Positions 19,622-29,405 of a DNA stretch of 64,000 nt are shown here, one piece after another. Made by a program: the position numbers and the translations under genes. The stretch is from a bacterium (GTDB lineage: Bacteria > UBA8248). Every line of letters starts with the position of its first letter. Position 1 is the stretch's first letter. Below the pieces are notes generated by a model, which was not told where the DNA came from, made no database searches, and was given only the letters and a program-made list of their open reading frames with translations. The stretch spans positions 2,048,001-2,112,000 of the forward strand of contig OZ253442.1 of NCBI GenBank assembly GCA_965261085.1, read 5' to 3'.

Positions 19622-20698
19622 CTATCCCGCCGATATGTTGCGCCGCGCCTGCACGAACACCACCGTCAGGACGATGATGGCCTGAAAGACGAACACCGCG
19701 GCCCCCGGCAGACCGATGCTGCGCTGCAGCGAATCAGAACCCGACACCAGCACGGCGAACACCGCGGCGGCTATCGTCACCCCCAGGGGGTTGTTGCGCC
19801 CGATGACTGCTATCAGAATGGCCATCGCCCCGTAGTTGGGCGCGCCCTCCGAGCCGCTTATCCCCAGAAGCAGGCTCTGGTGGAATCCCGAGACCTCGAT
19901 GGCTCCGGCCAGGCCCGAGAGCGCGCCGCAGGTCGGCATGATGATCAAGGTGATGCGCGCGACGTTGATGCCGCCGAAGCGCGCGGCCCGGGGGTTGTCC
20001 CCCACCGCGCGGATCTCATAGCCCACGATGGTGCGCGTCATCAAGAAATACATGCCCACGGCCGCCGCCAGCGCGATGATGAAACCGAAGTGCGCGCCCG
20101 ATTTCGGCATCACCTGGGGCAGCACGGAGGCGTCCGGAATCGGAAGCGAGATGGCATCTCCCGCCAGGGGGTCGTTCCAGGGGCCGTTGGCGAGGTAATC
20201 CACCAGATAGAGCGCGACGAAGTTCAGCATCACCGTCACGAATATCTCGCTCACCTGGTAGCGCACGCGCAGGATTCCGGGAATGAATCCCCAGAACCAC
20301 CCGCCCAGAATGCCGCCCAGAAGTCCCAGGGGGACGAAGACCGGCCAGGGCAGGTTCAAACCTTCTAAAGCAAAGGCCGTGCCCGTCATGCCGATGGCGC
20401 CCGCGTATATCTGCCCGTCCACGCCGATGTTGAAGTGCCCGCCCCGCATTCCGAAGGCGACCGCGAGCGAAGCCAGAAGCAGGGGGCAGAATTTGTTCAA
20501 GGTCTGCGCGAACCCGCCCCACGTGCCGAGCGAGGAGCGAAGAACGGTCCCCAACGCCACGAGCACGTCCCCGCCGAAGGCGACGATGAAGATTGCGCCG
20601 CACGCCAGGGCCAGTATAGCCGCCGACGAGTAGGTGATCGCGATTTCAATGGCCGCTTTTTTCTTCTCCGCCAAACTCGCCGCGCTCGAACTCGCCAT
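19622..20698 (-). CDS. ABC transporter permease (nucleoside/purine BMP-type system)
   Basis: FNIGVDGQ, SEIFVTVMLNF and GYEIRAVGDNPRAA motifs. Confidence 0.9.
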   Translation of the reverse strand: MASSSAASLAEKKKAAIEIAITYSSAAILALACGAIFIVAFGGDVLVALGTVLRSSLGTWGGFAQTLNKFCPLLLASLAVAFGMRGGHFNIGVDGQIYAGAIGMTGTAFALEGLNLPWPVFVPLGLLGGILGGWFWGFIPGILRVRYQVSEIFVTVMLNFVALYLVDYLANGPWNDPLAGDAISLPIPDASVLPQVMPKSGAHFGFIIALAAAVGMYFLMTRTIVGYEIRAVGDNPRAARFGGINVARITLIIMPTCGALSGLAGAIEVSGFHQSLLLGISGSEGAPNYGAMAILIAVIGRNNPLGVTIAAAVFAVLVSGSDSLQRSIGLPGAAVFVFQAIIVLTVVFVQARRNISAG

Positions 20699-20699
20699 T

Positions 20700-22250
20700 T
20701 TAAGAGCCCGCCTCGAGTTTCTGGCCCGCCATGAGGGAGCCTATCTGGTAGATGTCGTACTCGGGGCCGTCAAAAGCGCCTGAAATCTCCCCCGCATAGA
20801 TCACGATGATCCGGTCGCTCATGAGGCGAAGTTCATCGAGGTCTTCTGAAATCAGCAGGACGCCTGCGCCTTGCGCGCGAAGCTCCTGTAAGCGGCCATG
20901 CACGAACGAGGCGGCCATGACGTCGAGACCGCGCGTGGGGTTGTTGGCGATCATCACCTTCCCGCCCGTCTTGTGGGCGAGCATCACCGAGCGCGCCACG
21001 ATGGTCTTCTGGATGTTTCCGCCCGATAGATGCGCGGCGGGCACGTGCTCGTTTCGCGCCAGAATGTTGAATTCCGCGATGGCGTTTCTACCCATTTCGT
21101 GGGCGGCCTCGCGATCGAATATCCCGCGCCGCTTGAAGATGTGCGGGTGCAGGCCGAGCACGAAATTCTCCGCAAGGCTCAAGCCCGGCAGAATCCCCTC
21201 CTCGATCCTGTCCTGGGGGATGAGGCTCATCCCCCGCGCGATGCGTTCGGACACCGAAAGGCCTGTGACCTCCTCACCGCCCAAGTGGACTTCGCCTTCT
21301 TGAATCTCGATGAGCCCGGCCAGGGCTTCCGCCAGTTCCTTCTGGCCGTTGCCGGAGATGCCCGCCAAACCGACGATGAGACCCCGGGGGACGTCGAAGG
21401 CGACGTCCTTGAGAGGCACCCCCCACTTCGAGGAGGTATGAACCTCCCGAACCGAGAGGGCGGGATGCCCCTCCCGGGCCGCCGAAGGCCCGGTTGGCCG
21501 CTCGCCCTCCGGAGGCAGGCCGCGCTCGCCCATCATCATCTGGACGAGTATTTCGCGGGTGGCGTCCACGCGGAGGATCGTGTCGATCTTCCGCCCGCCC
21601 CGGAAGACGGTAATCCGGTCGCAGTTGTCCAGAACTTCCTGGATTTTGTGCGTGATGAAGACGACCGTCAGGCCCTCCTTGGCGAAGGACTTGAGTATCG
21701 AGAACAGACCGTCCACCTCGTGGGGAGTCAGCATGGTCGTCGGCTCGTCCAGAATCAGGATGTCCGCGCCGTGATAAAGCGCCTTCAGGATTTCGACTTT
21801 CTGCTGAATCCCGGCGGGAAGGGTTTTCACCTGCTCATCAAGCGGTATGGAGAGGCCGTAGTTCGCGGCGAGTTCCTCCACGGAACTGCGCCGGGCGTCC
21901 ACGTCGAGCTTCCAGCGCGAACCTTCCCGCCCGAGCAGAATGTTTTCCAGCGCGGTGAAGTTGCCAATCAACTCCACGTGCTGGTGAACCATCCCGACGC
22001 CGGCCCTGATCGCATCCTGGGGAGAGCGGACCTCCACCTCGCGCCCGTCGATGGCGATTTGCCCATCGTCCATGCGGTAGAGGCCGCTCAGGATGTTCAT
22101 GAGCGTGGTCTTGCCCGCGCCGTTTTCTCCGAGGAGGGCGTGGATCTCCCCCTCCCCCGCCTCGAAATCGACCGCGTCCAGGGCGACGACCTCCCCGAAG
22201 GACTTGCTGACGCCGTACATTTCAACTCGGGGGACGATCTTTTCCGTCAT
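20700..22250 (-). CDS. ABC transporter ATP-binding protein (two-domain CUT2 type)
   Basis: GENGAGKT, LILDEPT, LSGGNIQK and PTRGLD motifs. Confidence 0.92.
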   Translation of the reverse strand: MTEKIVPRVEMYGVSKSFGEVVALDAVDFEAGEGEIHALLGENGAGKTTLMNILSGLYRMDDGQIAIDGREVEVRSPQDAIRAGVGMVHQHVELIGNFTALENILLGREGSRWKLDVDARRSSVEELAANYGLSIPLDEQVKTLPAGIQQKVEILKALYHGADILILDEPTTMLTPHEVDGLFSILKSFAKEGLTVVFITHKIQEVLDNCDRITVFRGGRKIDTILRVDATREILVQMMMGERGLPPEGERPTGPSAAREGHPALSVREVHTSSKWGVPLKDVAFDVPRGLIVGLAGISGNGQKELAEALAGLIEIQEGEVHLGGEEVTGLSVSERIARGMSLIPQDRIEEGILPGLSLAENFVLGLHPHIFKRRGIFDREAAHEMGRNAIAEFNILARNEHVPAAHLSGGNIQKTIVARSVMLAHKTGGKVMIANNPTRGLDVMAASFVHGRLQELRAQGAGVLLISEDLDELRLMSDRIIVIYAGEISGAFDGPEYDIYQIGSLMAGQKLEAGS

Positions 22251-22308
22251 CACTTTCATCCATTCCAAGCGCCCCACCCCCCGATCGGGGACGGGGCGCT
22301 TATACCTT

Positions 22309-23310
22309 CTATTTCGCCAACATGACTTTTTTCATTTCCAGCCGGGGCTTAATGGCTCCGGAGCGTACTTTCGCATAGGCCTCTTTGGTTCTCTTGATGG
22401 CCTCGGCCGATACGTTGCCCAGAGAGCTGATCTCGAAACCGACTCCGGGGCGCATGGGCACGTATCCCCCCATGGCTCCTTTCATGATTCCTTGCATGGC
22501 TTTCTGGTAGGGAGGCCGGAAATCGATGATCAGCGTGCCGGCGAAATGCTTGGGCGCCTTGTCCGTCTTGTCGGTGTAAAACGTGGTGACCAGAACCTTG
22601 CTCTTCGCCTTTTTGGCGGCCTCCACGACCCCGTATACCCCCAGGTTCACCATGTTGATGATGAAGTCGACGCCGTTCGCGATCATGGCGTCGGCGGTCT
22701 GGCGCGCCTTGACCGGGTCGTTCTGGTTCCCGGTGAAGGCGTAGACGAGCTTCGCCTTGGGGTTGGTCGCTTTCAGGGCGTCCGAGATGGTGTTGATGGA
22801 AGCCTTGAAGTCAGGCAACTGGATGCCCGCGATGACGCCCACCTTGTTCGTCTTCGTGGCGAGACCGGCCAGCACCCCGAAGGGATAGAAGGCCTCGAAA
22901 TAGTGGCGGTGAATGTTCCAGACGTTCTTGGGCACCTTGAACTTTCCCGAACTCTCCATGATAAAAGTGGTGCCGGGGAATTTCGGGGCCAGCTTCTGCA
23001 CGAGCCGGACGTATTGCCCGCCGTGGAAGCCGATGATGGTGAAGCCCGAGGATATGTACTCGCGCGCCACCCTCTCGGCGTCCGCCGGAGAGATTCGCTC
23101 GGAGTAGGAGGTTTCGATCTTGAACCTCTTCTTGATGTCCTGGGCAACCTCATAGCCCCGGAAGTTGTAGTCCGCATCCTCGATGGGTCCGGGGACGATG
23201 ATGGCGAACTTGTGGGCCTTCGCGGCGAGCGCCTGACCGGGGGCTACGGCGAGGGAGAGGGCCGCGAGCGCGGCGGCGAAGAACAATCGGCGTGTCCATT
23301 TGGTTTTCAT
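22309..23310 (-). CDS. BMP family ABC substrate-binding protein
   Basis: Signal peptide; GPIEDADYN and TKTNKVGVI motifs; RBS AGGAGG. Confidence 0.88.
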   Translation of the reverse strand: MKTKWTRRLFFAAALAALSLAVAPGQALAAKAHKFAIIVPGPIEDADYNFRGYEVAQDIKKRFKIETSYSERISPADAERVAREYISSGFTIIGFHGGQYVRLVQKLAPKFPGTTFIMESSGKFKVPKNVWNIHRHYFEAFYPFGVLAGLATKTNKVGVIAGIQLPDFKASINTISDALKATNPKAKLVYAFTGNQNDPVKARQTADAMIANGVDFIINMVNLGVYGVVEAAKKAKSKVLVTTFYTDKTDKAPKHFAGTLIIDFRPPYQKAMQGIMKGAMGGYVPMRPGVGFEISSLGNVSAEAIKRTKEAYAKVRSGAIKPRLEMKKVMLAK

Positions 23311-23356
23311 TTCACACTCCTCCTTGATGAGAAAGCAAAAAATCCCGGGCGCGGGT

Positions 23357-24298
23357 TCAATCCCGGGTTTCACGATCGTAAGGCCTCGTAAGCGCGCGGG
23401 GGCTCTCGGCGCCCCGCGCCACCTGAACCAGCACAATCATGGCGAACACGTACGGCAGCATCAGCAAAAACTGCGGCGGAATGATTTTGGCGAACTGCGG
23501 CAGAGCGCTCACCTTGAACTGAAAAGCGTCCACGTAGGCGAACAGCAGCGCGCCGACGAACGACCAGAGAGGAACCCACCGGCCGAATATCACCAGCATC
23601 AGGGCGAGCCACCCTCTTCCGTTCACGATGTTGTCCGTGAACGAGCCCGAGATCACGAGCGGCAGGTATGCGCCCGCGACGCCCAGGAAAAGTCCGCCCA
23701 CCGCACAGGCGCCATAGCGCATGCGGGCGACGTCTATCCCCACCGTGTCCGCCGCGCGGGGGTTTTCCCCGCAGGCGCGCAGCCTCAGACCCAGCGGCGT
23801 CTTGAAGAGGAAAAAGCTCACCGCCGCGACGAGGAAATAGGACAAATAGACGAGTCCGTTCTGCGCGAAGAAAATCTCGCCGACGAAGGGGATGCTCCCC
23901 AGAAGCGGGATGTGTATCTCTCTCAAGGTCGGCACCTGGGGAATGGACTGCACGACGCCTACCGCCAGGCGGTAGATGGTGGGCGAGATTCCCAGCCCCA
24001 GGACGAATATCCCCAGCCCGATGACGATCTGGTTCGCGCGCAGGGTGATGGAGAAATACGCCAGAAGCAGAGTCAGCACACTTCCCGAGAGCGCCGCGAC
24101 CAAGCAGCCGATAATCGCGCTGCCCGAGTAGTAGGTGAGCAGAAAACCCGTCACCGCTCCGAGCGTCACGATGCCCTCGATGCCGACGTTCAGAATCCCC
24201 GAGCGCTCGATGATGGTCTCGCCGAGACACGCGATGATGAGCGGCGCCATCATGAGCATAGTGAGCTGGAAAAGGGATATGTCGAAAAAAAGGGACAA
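23357..24298 (-). CDS. ABC transporter permease (BMP-type system)
   Basis: ERSGILNVGIEG, GLRLRACGENPRAA, GRGWLAL and MLPY motifs. Confidence 0.9.
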   Translation of the reverse strand: MSLFFDISLFQLTMLMMAPLIIACLGETIIERSGILNVGIEGIVTLGAVTGFLLTYYSGSAIIGCLVAALSGSVLTLLLAYFSITLRANQIVIGLGIFVLGLGISPTIYRLAVGVVQSIPQVPTLREIHIPLLGSIPFVGEIFFAQNGLVYLSYFLVAAVSFFLFKTPLGLRLRACGENPRAADTVGIDVARMRYGACAVGGLFLGVAGAYLPLVISGSFTDNIVNGRGWLALMLVIFGRWVPLWSFVGALLFAYVDAFQFKVSALPQFAKIIPPQFLLMLPYVFAMIVLVQVARGAESPRALTRPYDRETRD

Positions 24299-24659
24299 GA
24301 AGGCGCACTCCTCGTAGTGGTGTGAAAATGCGAAAACTCGTCTCCGTGCGCCGCTGCTCGGGAGACGGAGTGTATTTATCCTTGTGGCTTTGGCAGTCAG
24401 TATGCCTTACGTGTTCCCCAAATTCAAAAGATACAGGTTTTATGTTTCCGTCATGTAACGCGGATTCCCCCGCGATTCGCTCCGAGATTGAAAATCCCGC
24501 CCGGCGCGCCGTCCGCCGCATGGCGTTCGCGATGAAAGCGGATGCGTTGCCCGCCGCGTCCGGTTCATACATAATACGCGCATTGCACATACTTCCCATA
24601 TGAACCGACTGCCAAGATGGAGATCGTTTCTTTTCTTCGTCCAAAAGGAGACCTCCGAG

Positions 24660-25379
24660 ATGGAATTGATCGATTTGAGCATGGAAATATACCGGGACAT
24701 GCCGATATACCCCGACCTGCCCGGCCCCTCCCTCACCGTCGATGAGGACTGGGACACCGTGGCCCGGCGGACCGGGGCCATCAACTACGGCGCCGACATC
24801 GTGACAAACCACTGCGTCATCTTCATGAGCGACCACACGGGGACGCACATCGACTCCCCCTGGCACAACAACCCGGACGGTTTCACGACCGAGCGCATCC
24901 CGATCGAGTGGTGCATGTCTGACGGCGTGGTTCTCGATTTCACCGACAAGGAGTCGGGCTACGCGATCACGGCGGCGGACGTGGAAGGCGCGCTCCAGAA
25001 GATCGACTACTCGCTCAAGCCGCTCGACATCGTGCTCATCCGCACCGACGCGAGCGTGGACTGGCAGACGAACCCCGACTACACGATGAACCAGCCCGGC
25101 ATGAGCGCCGAGGCGACCCACTACCTCATCGACAACGGCATCCGCGTGATGGGGATCGACGGGAGCGGGTGGGACGTGCCGATCTGGAAGATGCACGAAA
25201 CGCGCAGCTACTGGGAGGCCCACCGGGTCATGCTGGAGAAGGACTACTGCCACATCGAGAACATGGTGAACCTGAACCTCATTCCAAAGTCCCACGGGTT
25301 CAAGCTCTCGGTGCTGCCCATCAAGTTCCGCGGCATGTCGGGTTCTCCCATTCGCGCGGTGGCGATCATCGAAGATTAG
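24660..25379 (+). CDS. Cyclase family metal-dependent hydrolase (kynurenine formamidase / isatin hydrolase-like)
   Basis: HTGTHIDSPWH, GID, HIEN and GSPIRAVA motifs; RBS AAGGAG. Confidence 0.9.
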   Translation: MELIDLSMEIYRDMPIYPDLPGPSLTVDEDWDTVARRTGAINYGADIVTNHCVIFMSDHTGTHIDSPWHNNPDGFTTERIPIEWCMSDGVVLDFTDKESGYAITAADVEGALQKIDYSLKPLDIVLIRTDASVDWQTNPDYTMNQPGMSAEATHYLIDNGIRVMGIDGSGWDVPIWKMHETRSYWEAHRVMLEKDYCHIENMVNLNLIPKSHGFKLSVLPIKFRGMSGSPIRAVAIIED

Positions 25380-25398
25380 ACTCTGGGGAGCGAATGAA

Positions 25399-26967
25399 AT
25401 GGCGGTAGCCGTTCGCGTCCTCACCGGCGCGTACCACGATTCGGTGAAGCTCATGCGCATCAGCGCCGCCGCCTGCGAGAGGCCGGGCGTTCGGGGGGCG
25501 GTGGTCCTCATGGGCACGCCGATGAATCTGGAGCAACTCGCATCGATCGGACTGCTCTCAGAGGAGGCGCAACGCGCGGGTCCGAACGACCTCGTTCTCG
25601 CCGTGGAGGCGGAGGGCGCGGAGGCGGCGCAAGAAGAACTCGCCGTCATGGAAGCGGCGCTGAGCGCGCCCCGCGTAGCCACAGGAGCGGGATTGTTCGC
25701 AAAACTCTCCGCACCGACGCTTGACGCGGCGCTCGGGAAAGACCCTCTCATCAATCTGGCCCTCTTCTCGATTCCCGGTCCAAGCGTGCGGCGCGAGGCG
25801 GAGCGCGCGCTTAGTAAAGGCCTCCACTGCCTCATCTTCAGTGACAACGTGCCCGTCGAAGACGAGGTGGCGCTCAAGCGCATAGGCCGCGAGAAGGGTT
25901 TGCTGGTGATGGGTCCTGACTGCGGAACGGCGCACATCGGAGGCGTCGGCCTCGGGTTTTGCAACGTCATGCGGCCTGGGAAAATCGGGATCGCGGGCGC
26001 GGCGGGAACGGGGATTCAGGAGGCGATGGCCGCCATCGACGCTGCAAGAGGCGGAATATCGTGCGCCCTCGGCACCGGAGGACGTGACGTCTCGGACGCG
26101 GTCGGCGGCCTCGCCATGGTTCAGGCTATTGAAACTCTTAGCGAAGATACGGCGACGGAGGTTCTCCTCGTTCTCGGAAAACCGCCCGAGGCGGCGGCGA
26201 TGAAAAAAGTGCTCGAAGCGGCTGGGCGGTGTACGAAGCCCGTGGCCATACACTTCGTCGGGGCCCAAGCCGAGGATATACGCCGACACTCCGGTGAGCA
26301 TCCCCATCTCTACCCTGCCGATTCGCTGGCCGGGGCAGGGAAGCTCGCCGTTTCACTCCCGGGAGGGCCGGCCCCTGCAATGACGCCGGAAATCAATCCC
26401 GAAACACGGGAGAAAATCGCCGAATGGCGCCGCGCGCGCACGAAAGGTCAGCGATTCCTGCGCGGCGTCTATACGGGGGGAACGCTGTGCGCCGAGGCGC
26501 AGGCGATCATCGGAAAAACCGTGGCGGGGATTCGCTCCAACGCGCCCATAGGTAAAGCCGGCGGCAAGATGGCCGACCCCATGAAATCACAAGGCCATGC
26601 GGTCGTGGACATGGGCGATGACCTCTTCACGCGGGGAAAACCCCATCCCATGATCGAGCCTGAGCCGAGAAGCGCCCGTATACTCCAGGAAGCGCAAGAC
26701 CCCGAAACGGCGGTGGTGCTCTTCGACGTGGTGCTGGGGCTGGGTGCGCATGAAGATCCGGCGGGAGAAGCGGCGAAGGCTGTAGAGAAAGCGCGCGCCT
26801 CTCATCCCGGTGTTTTGTTCATCGGCTCGGTAACGGGCACCGAGGGCGACCCGCAGGGTTTGAATGCCCAGCGCGCCAGATTGAAAGAGGCCGGCGCCCT
26901 CGTGGCGGATACGCACTTAGAGGCGTGCCTCGCCGCCGCCGCCGCACTCGAGGGTTTGAACGAATGA
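25399..26967 (+). CDS. fdrA: FdrA/YahF family acyl-CoA synthetase-like protein
   Basis: YHDSVKLM, FSDNV, MGPDCGT, GTGGRD, TGGTL and DMGDDLFTRGKPHPMI motifs. Confidence 0.88.
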   Translation: MAVAVRVLTGAYHDSVKLMRISAAACERPGVRGAVVLMGTPMNLEQLASIGLLSEEAQRAGPNDLVLAVEAEGAEAAQEELAVMEAALSAPRVATGAGLFAKLSAPTLDAALGKDPLINLALFSIPGPSVRREAERALSKGLHCLIFSDNVPVEDEVALKRIGREKGLLVMGPDCGTAHIGGVGLGFCNVMRPGKIGIAGAAGTGIQEAMAAIDAARGGISCALGTGGRDVSDAVGGLAMVQAIETLSEDTATEVLLVLGKPPEAAAMKKVLEAAGRCTKPVAIHFVGAQAEDIRRHSGEHPHLYPADSLAGAGKLAVSLPGGPAPAMTPEINPETREKIAEWRRARTKGQRFLRGVYTGGTLCAEAQAIIGKTVAGIRSNAPIGKAGGKMADPMKSQGHAVVDMGDDLFTRGKPHPMIEPEPRSARILQEAQDPETAVVLFDVVLGLGAHEDPAGEAAKAVEKARASHPGVLFIGSVTGTEGDPQGLNAQRARLKEAGALVADTHLEACLAAAAALEGLNE

Positions 26968-28382
26968 GCGGAAAAAAATTACTGGAGGGCGTCCGCGTCG
27001 CGAACGTCGGCGTGGAGTTGTTCGCGGAGAGCTTGGCCGCACAAAACGCCCCCGTGGTGCAGGTGGACTGGCGTCCCCCCGCCGGAGGAGATACCGAAAT
27101 GATCGAGCATCTCGACCGATTAGCGGTTTGCGATGCGGCCAACGACGTCGCCATCGAGCGTCTTCAGGCCGCAAGGCCCGTATGGGTGGACTTAAGCGTG
27201 GCCATCGACGAGATACCCGGCATGGGCGAGAGAACCCTCCTACACTCGGGCCCGCCCATCACCTGGGAGCACATGTCGGGGCCTCTTAAGGGCGCGATGA
27301 TAGGGGCCGCCCTGCTGGAAGGCTGGGCGAACGATGCGGAAGCGGCGGAAAGACTCTGCGCGAGCGGAGAAATCACTTTCGAGCCCTGTCACCACCATTC
27401 CACGGTGGGGCCTATGGCGGGCGTGGTATCGCCCTCGATGCCCGTGAGCATCATCGAAAACCGCGCGCCCGCTGAACTCGGAGGCGGCGGGAGGACCTAT
27501 TGCACCTTAAACGAAGGCTTGGGCAAGGTGCTGCGCTACGGCGCCTATTCCGAGGACGTGCTGGCGCGCCTTAAGTGGATGGCGGACGAACTCGCTCCCG
27601 CCCTTGGCTCGGCGGTGCAAGCGATGCCGGATGGCCTCGACATCAAGAACGTCATCGCGCGCGCCCTGCACATGGGCGATGAGGCGCACAACCGGAACCA
27701 CGCGGCGACGGGGACGGTGGCCCGCGCCCTCATGCCCTATCTCGCGGATTCGGTGAACGATACGAAGGTCATTTCCCGCGTGGCGGAATTTTTCGCGGGA
27801 AACGATCACTTCTTCCTGAATCTGGCGATGCCCGCCGCCAAGGCGAGCCTGGACACCATGGCGGGAATTGAAGGCTGCTCCCTGGTCTACACCATGGCGC
27901 GCAACGGGACGGATTTCGGCATCCGGGTCGGCGGTCTGGGAGATGCGTGGTTCACCGCACCGGCGAAGCATCCGGTGGGGCTCTTCTTCCCGGGCTATTC
28001 CCAGGAAGACGCAAATCCCGACATCGGCGATTCGGCCATCATGGAGACGCTGGGCGTCGGGGGATTCGCCATGGCCGCGGCGCCCGCCATCGTCGCCTTC
28101 GTGGGCGGCTCGACGGCGGAGGCCTTTCAGGCGACGAACGAGATGTACGGGATCACCTGGGCGCGGAGCCGGGACTACACCCTCCCCGTATTCGATTTCG
28201 CAGGGGTTCCGACCGGCATCGACGTCCGCAAGGTGATCGAGACGGGCATCTACCCCAACATCAACACCGGAATCGCCCACAAGGACGCAGGCGTCGGGCA
28301 GATAGGCGCAGGCGTTCTCCGCGCGCCCGAAGAGCCGTTTCAAAAGGCCTTCGAAGCCCTCGCCGGGAAGATGGGCGGGTAG
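26964..28382 (+). CDS. DUF1116 protein (YahG/YlbE family)
   Basis: LLHSGPPI, PCHH..VGPMAG, NEGLGK.LR.GA, MGDE.HNRN, MARNG, DIGDSAI and INTGIAHK motifs; ATGA overlap with fdrA. Confidence 0.88.
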   Translation: MSGKKLLEGVRVANVGVELFAESLAAQNAPVVQVDWRPPAGGDTEMIEHLDRLAVCDAANDVAIERLQAARPVWVDLSVAIDEIPGMGERTLLHSGPPITWEHMSGPLKGAMIGAALLEGWANDAEAAERLCASGEITFEPCHHHSTVGPMAGVVSPSMPVSIIENRAPAELGGGGRTYCTLNEGLGKVLRYGAYSEDVLARLKWMADELAPALGSAVQAMPDGLDIKNVIARALHMGDEAHNRNHAATGTVARALMPYLADSVNDTKVISRVAEFFAGNDHFFLNLAMPAAKASLDTMAGIEGCSLVYTMARNGTDFGIRVGGLGDAWFTAPAKHPVGLFFPGYSQEDANPDIGDSAIMETLGVGGFAMAAAPAIVAFVGGSTAEAFQATNEMYGITWARSRDYTLPVFDFAGVPTGIDVRKVIETGIYPNINTGIAHKDAGVGQIGAGVLRAPEEPFQKAFEALAGKMGG

Positions 28383-28549
28383 CGGGAAAGTCCTTACCTG
28401 ACCAAGGAAAATCACTCTCACCTTGAAGATCAACACCAATTGAAGAATGAGAATTTACGGGTGATGCGGGAGGTCAAACCCTCCCGCATTGGTCGGGCCA
28501 AACGCTCGCCCCGCGCTCTCGTTAAACATTCCCTCTTCGGTCGGGTTTA

Positions 28550-28828
28550 CTACCTGGTTCGCTCGATGAGTTCGCGCAGGGACGCCATGGACTCCTCGTG
28601 CCTGCGCCCGGACTCTTCATCCCTGCGCCGGGATTCGGCCATGAACTCGTCGTGTCTGCACTCGGAATCGGTCATCGTCTCCGCGTGTTTGCGCTCGGAG
28701 TCGGTCGCTCGCATTTCGGCGCCCTTCGCCATGGTGCGGATGCCGTAGTAGATCAGCGCGAGACCGCCGTAAGAGGCAAGGAGGTTCATGAGAGCAATGG
28801 TGAGGTTGAAGTGTTCATACGTCGTCAT
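28550..28828 (-). CDS. Small protein with an N-terminal hydrophobic helix and charged repeats (copy 1)
   Basis: 92 aa; RBS GGAGA; own promoter; two close paralogs at 37442 and 42043. Confidence 0.75.
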   Translation of the reverse strand: MTTYEHFNLTIALMNLLASYGGLALIYYGIRTMAKGAEMRATDSERKHAETMTDSECRHDEFMAESRRRDEESGRRHEESMASLRELIERTR

Positions 28829-28877
28829 GCGTTTTCTCCGTGGCGACGGGTCCCTCAGACGCCTCGTGATGCTTATG

Positions 28878-28907
28878 ACTATAAAGAAGGCGCGCGCGTT
28901 TCGTCAA
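28878..28907 (-). promoter_or_regulatory. Sigma70-type promoter of small protein copy 1
   Basis: TTGACG-N18-TATAGT on the minus strand; same hexamers and spacing in all three copies. Confidence 0.7.
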
Positions 28908-29050
28908 TTCCCTCTCTTCCCGGTCGAATTTGATGGGAAACAACGGAAGGCGAAAGACAAAATCCCTGGGCTCCGTATTCCCTCCCTCTCCGATCGGAAA
29001 TAATGCCGGAATGACGAGAAAATGCGAAAAACACTCCCCCATCGCCGAAT

Positions 29051-29079
29051 TTGACAAAAAATCACCCAAGCAATACGAT
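29051..29079 (+). promoter_or_regulatory. Sigma70-type promoter upstream of the LIV-type ABC operon
   Basis: TTGACA-N17-TACGAT. Confidence 0.7.
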
Positions 29080-29405
29080 TTAATGAATTCACCATAAAGA
29101 ACCTGATTCAAGATAGCCTTCCTGCAAGACACCAGGAGGCACTTGTAGATGGATTTCCTCTCTCGCTCACGAAGGCCATCCTCTCTAAATCCGTCCGTGA
29201 GGTCTGCGGGCGACAAGCCATCTTCCACATCAACTCCATCGGCTCACCGGCCTTCGAGTCGCGTGAGGCAGGGAAAATGACAGCCAGACATATAAGTCCG
29301 CCACCAGGTTCCCGGACGGGAACATTTCTTCTTCTCACCAAGGGCCGCAACCCCCCGAAGTTTCCGGAGTCGGCGGCACGGACCCTTTATCATGGAGGAA
29401 ATACG

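Noticed and set aside
24561-24607. CGGTTCATA/TATGAACCG inverted repeat between the divergent ABC and cyclase operons
   Set aside because: Single instance with a long spacer; could be an operator but there is no corroborating copy
23370-25970. 866-aa minus-strand ORF
   Set aside because: Shadow ORF overlapping the permease, cyclase and fdrA; no motifs; expected in high-GC DNA
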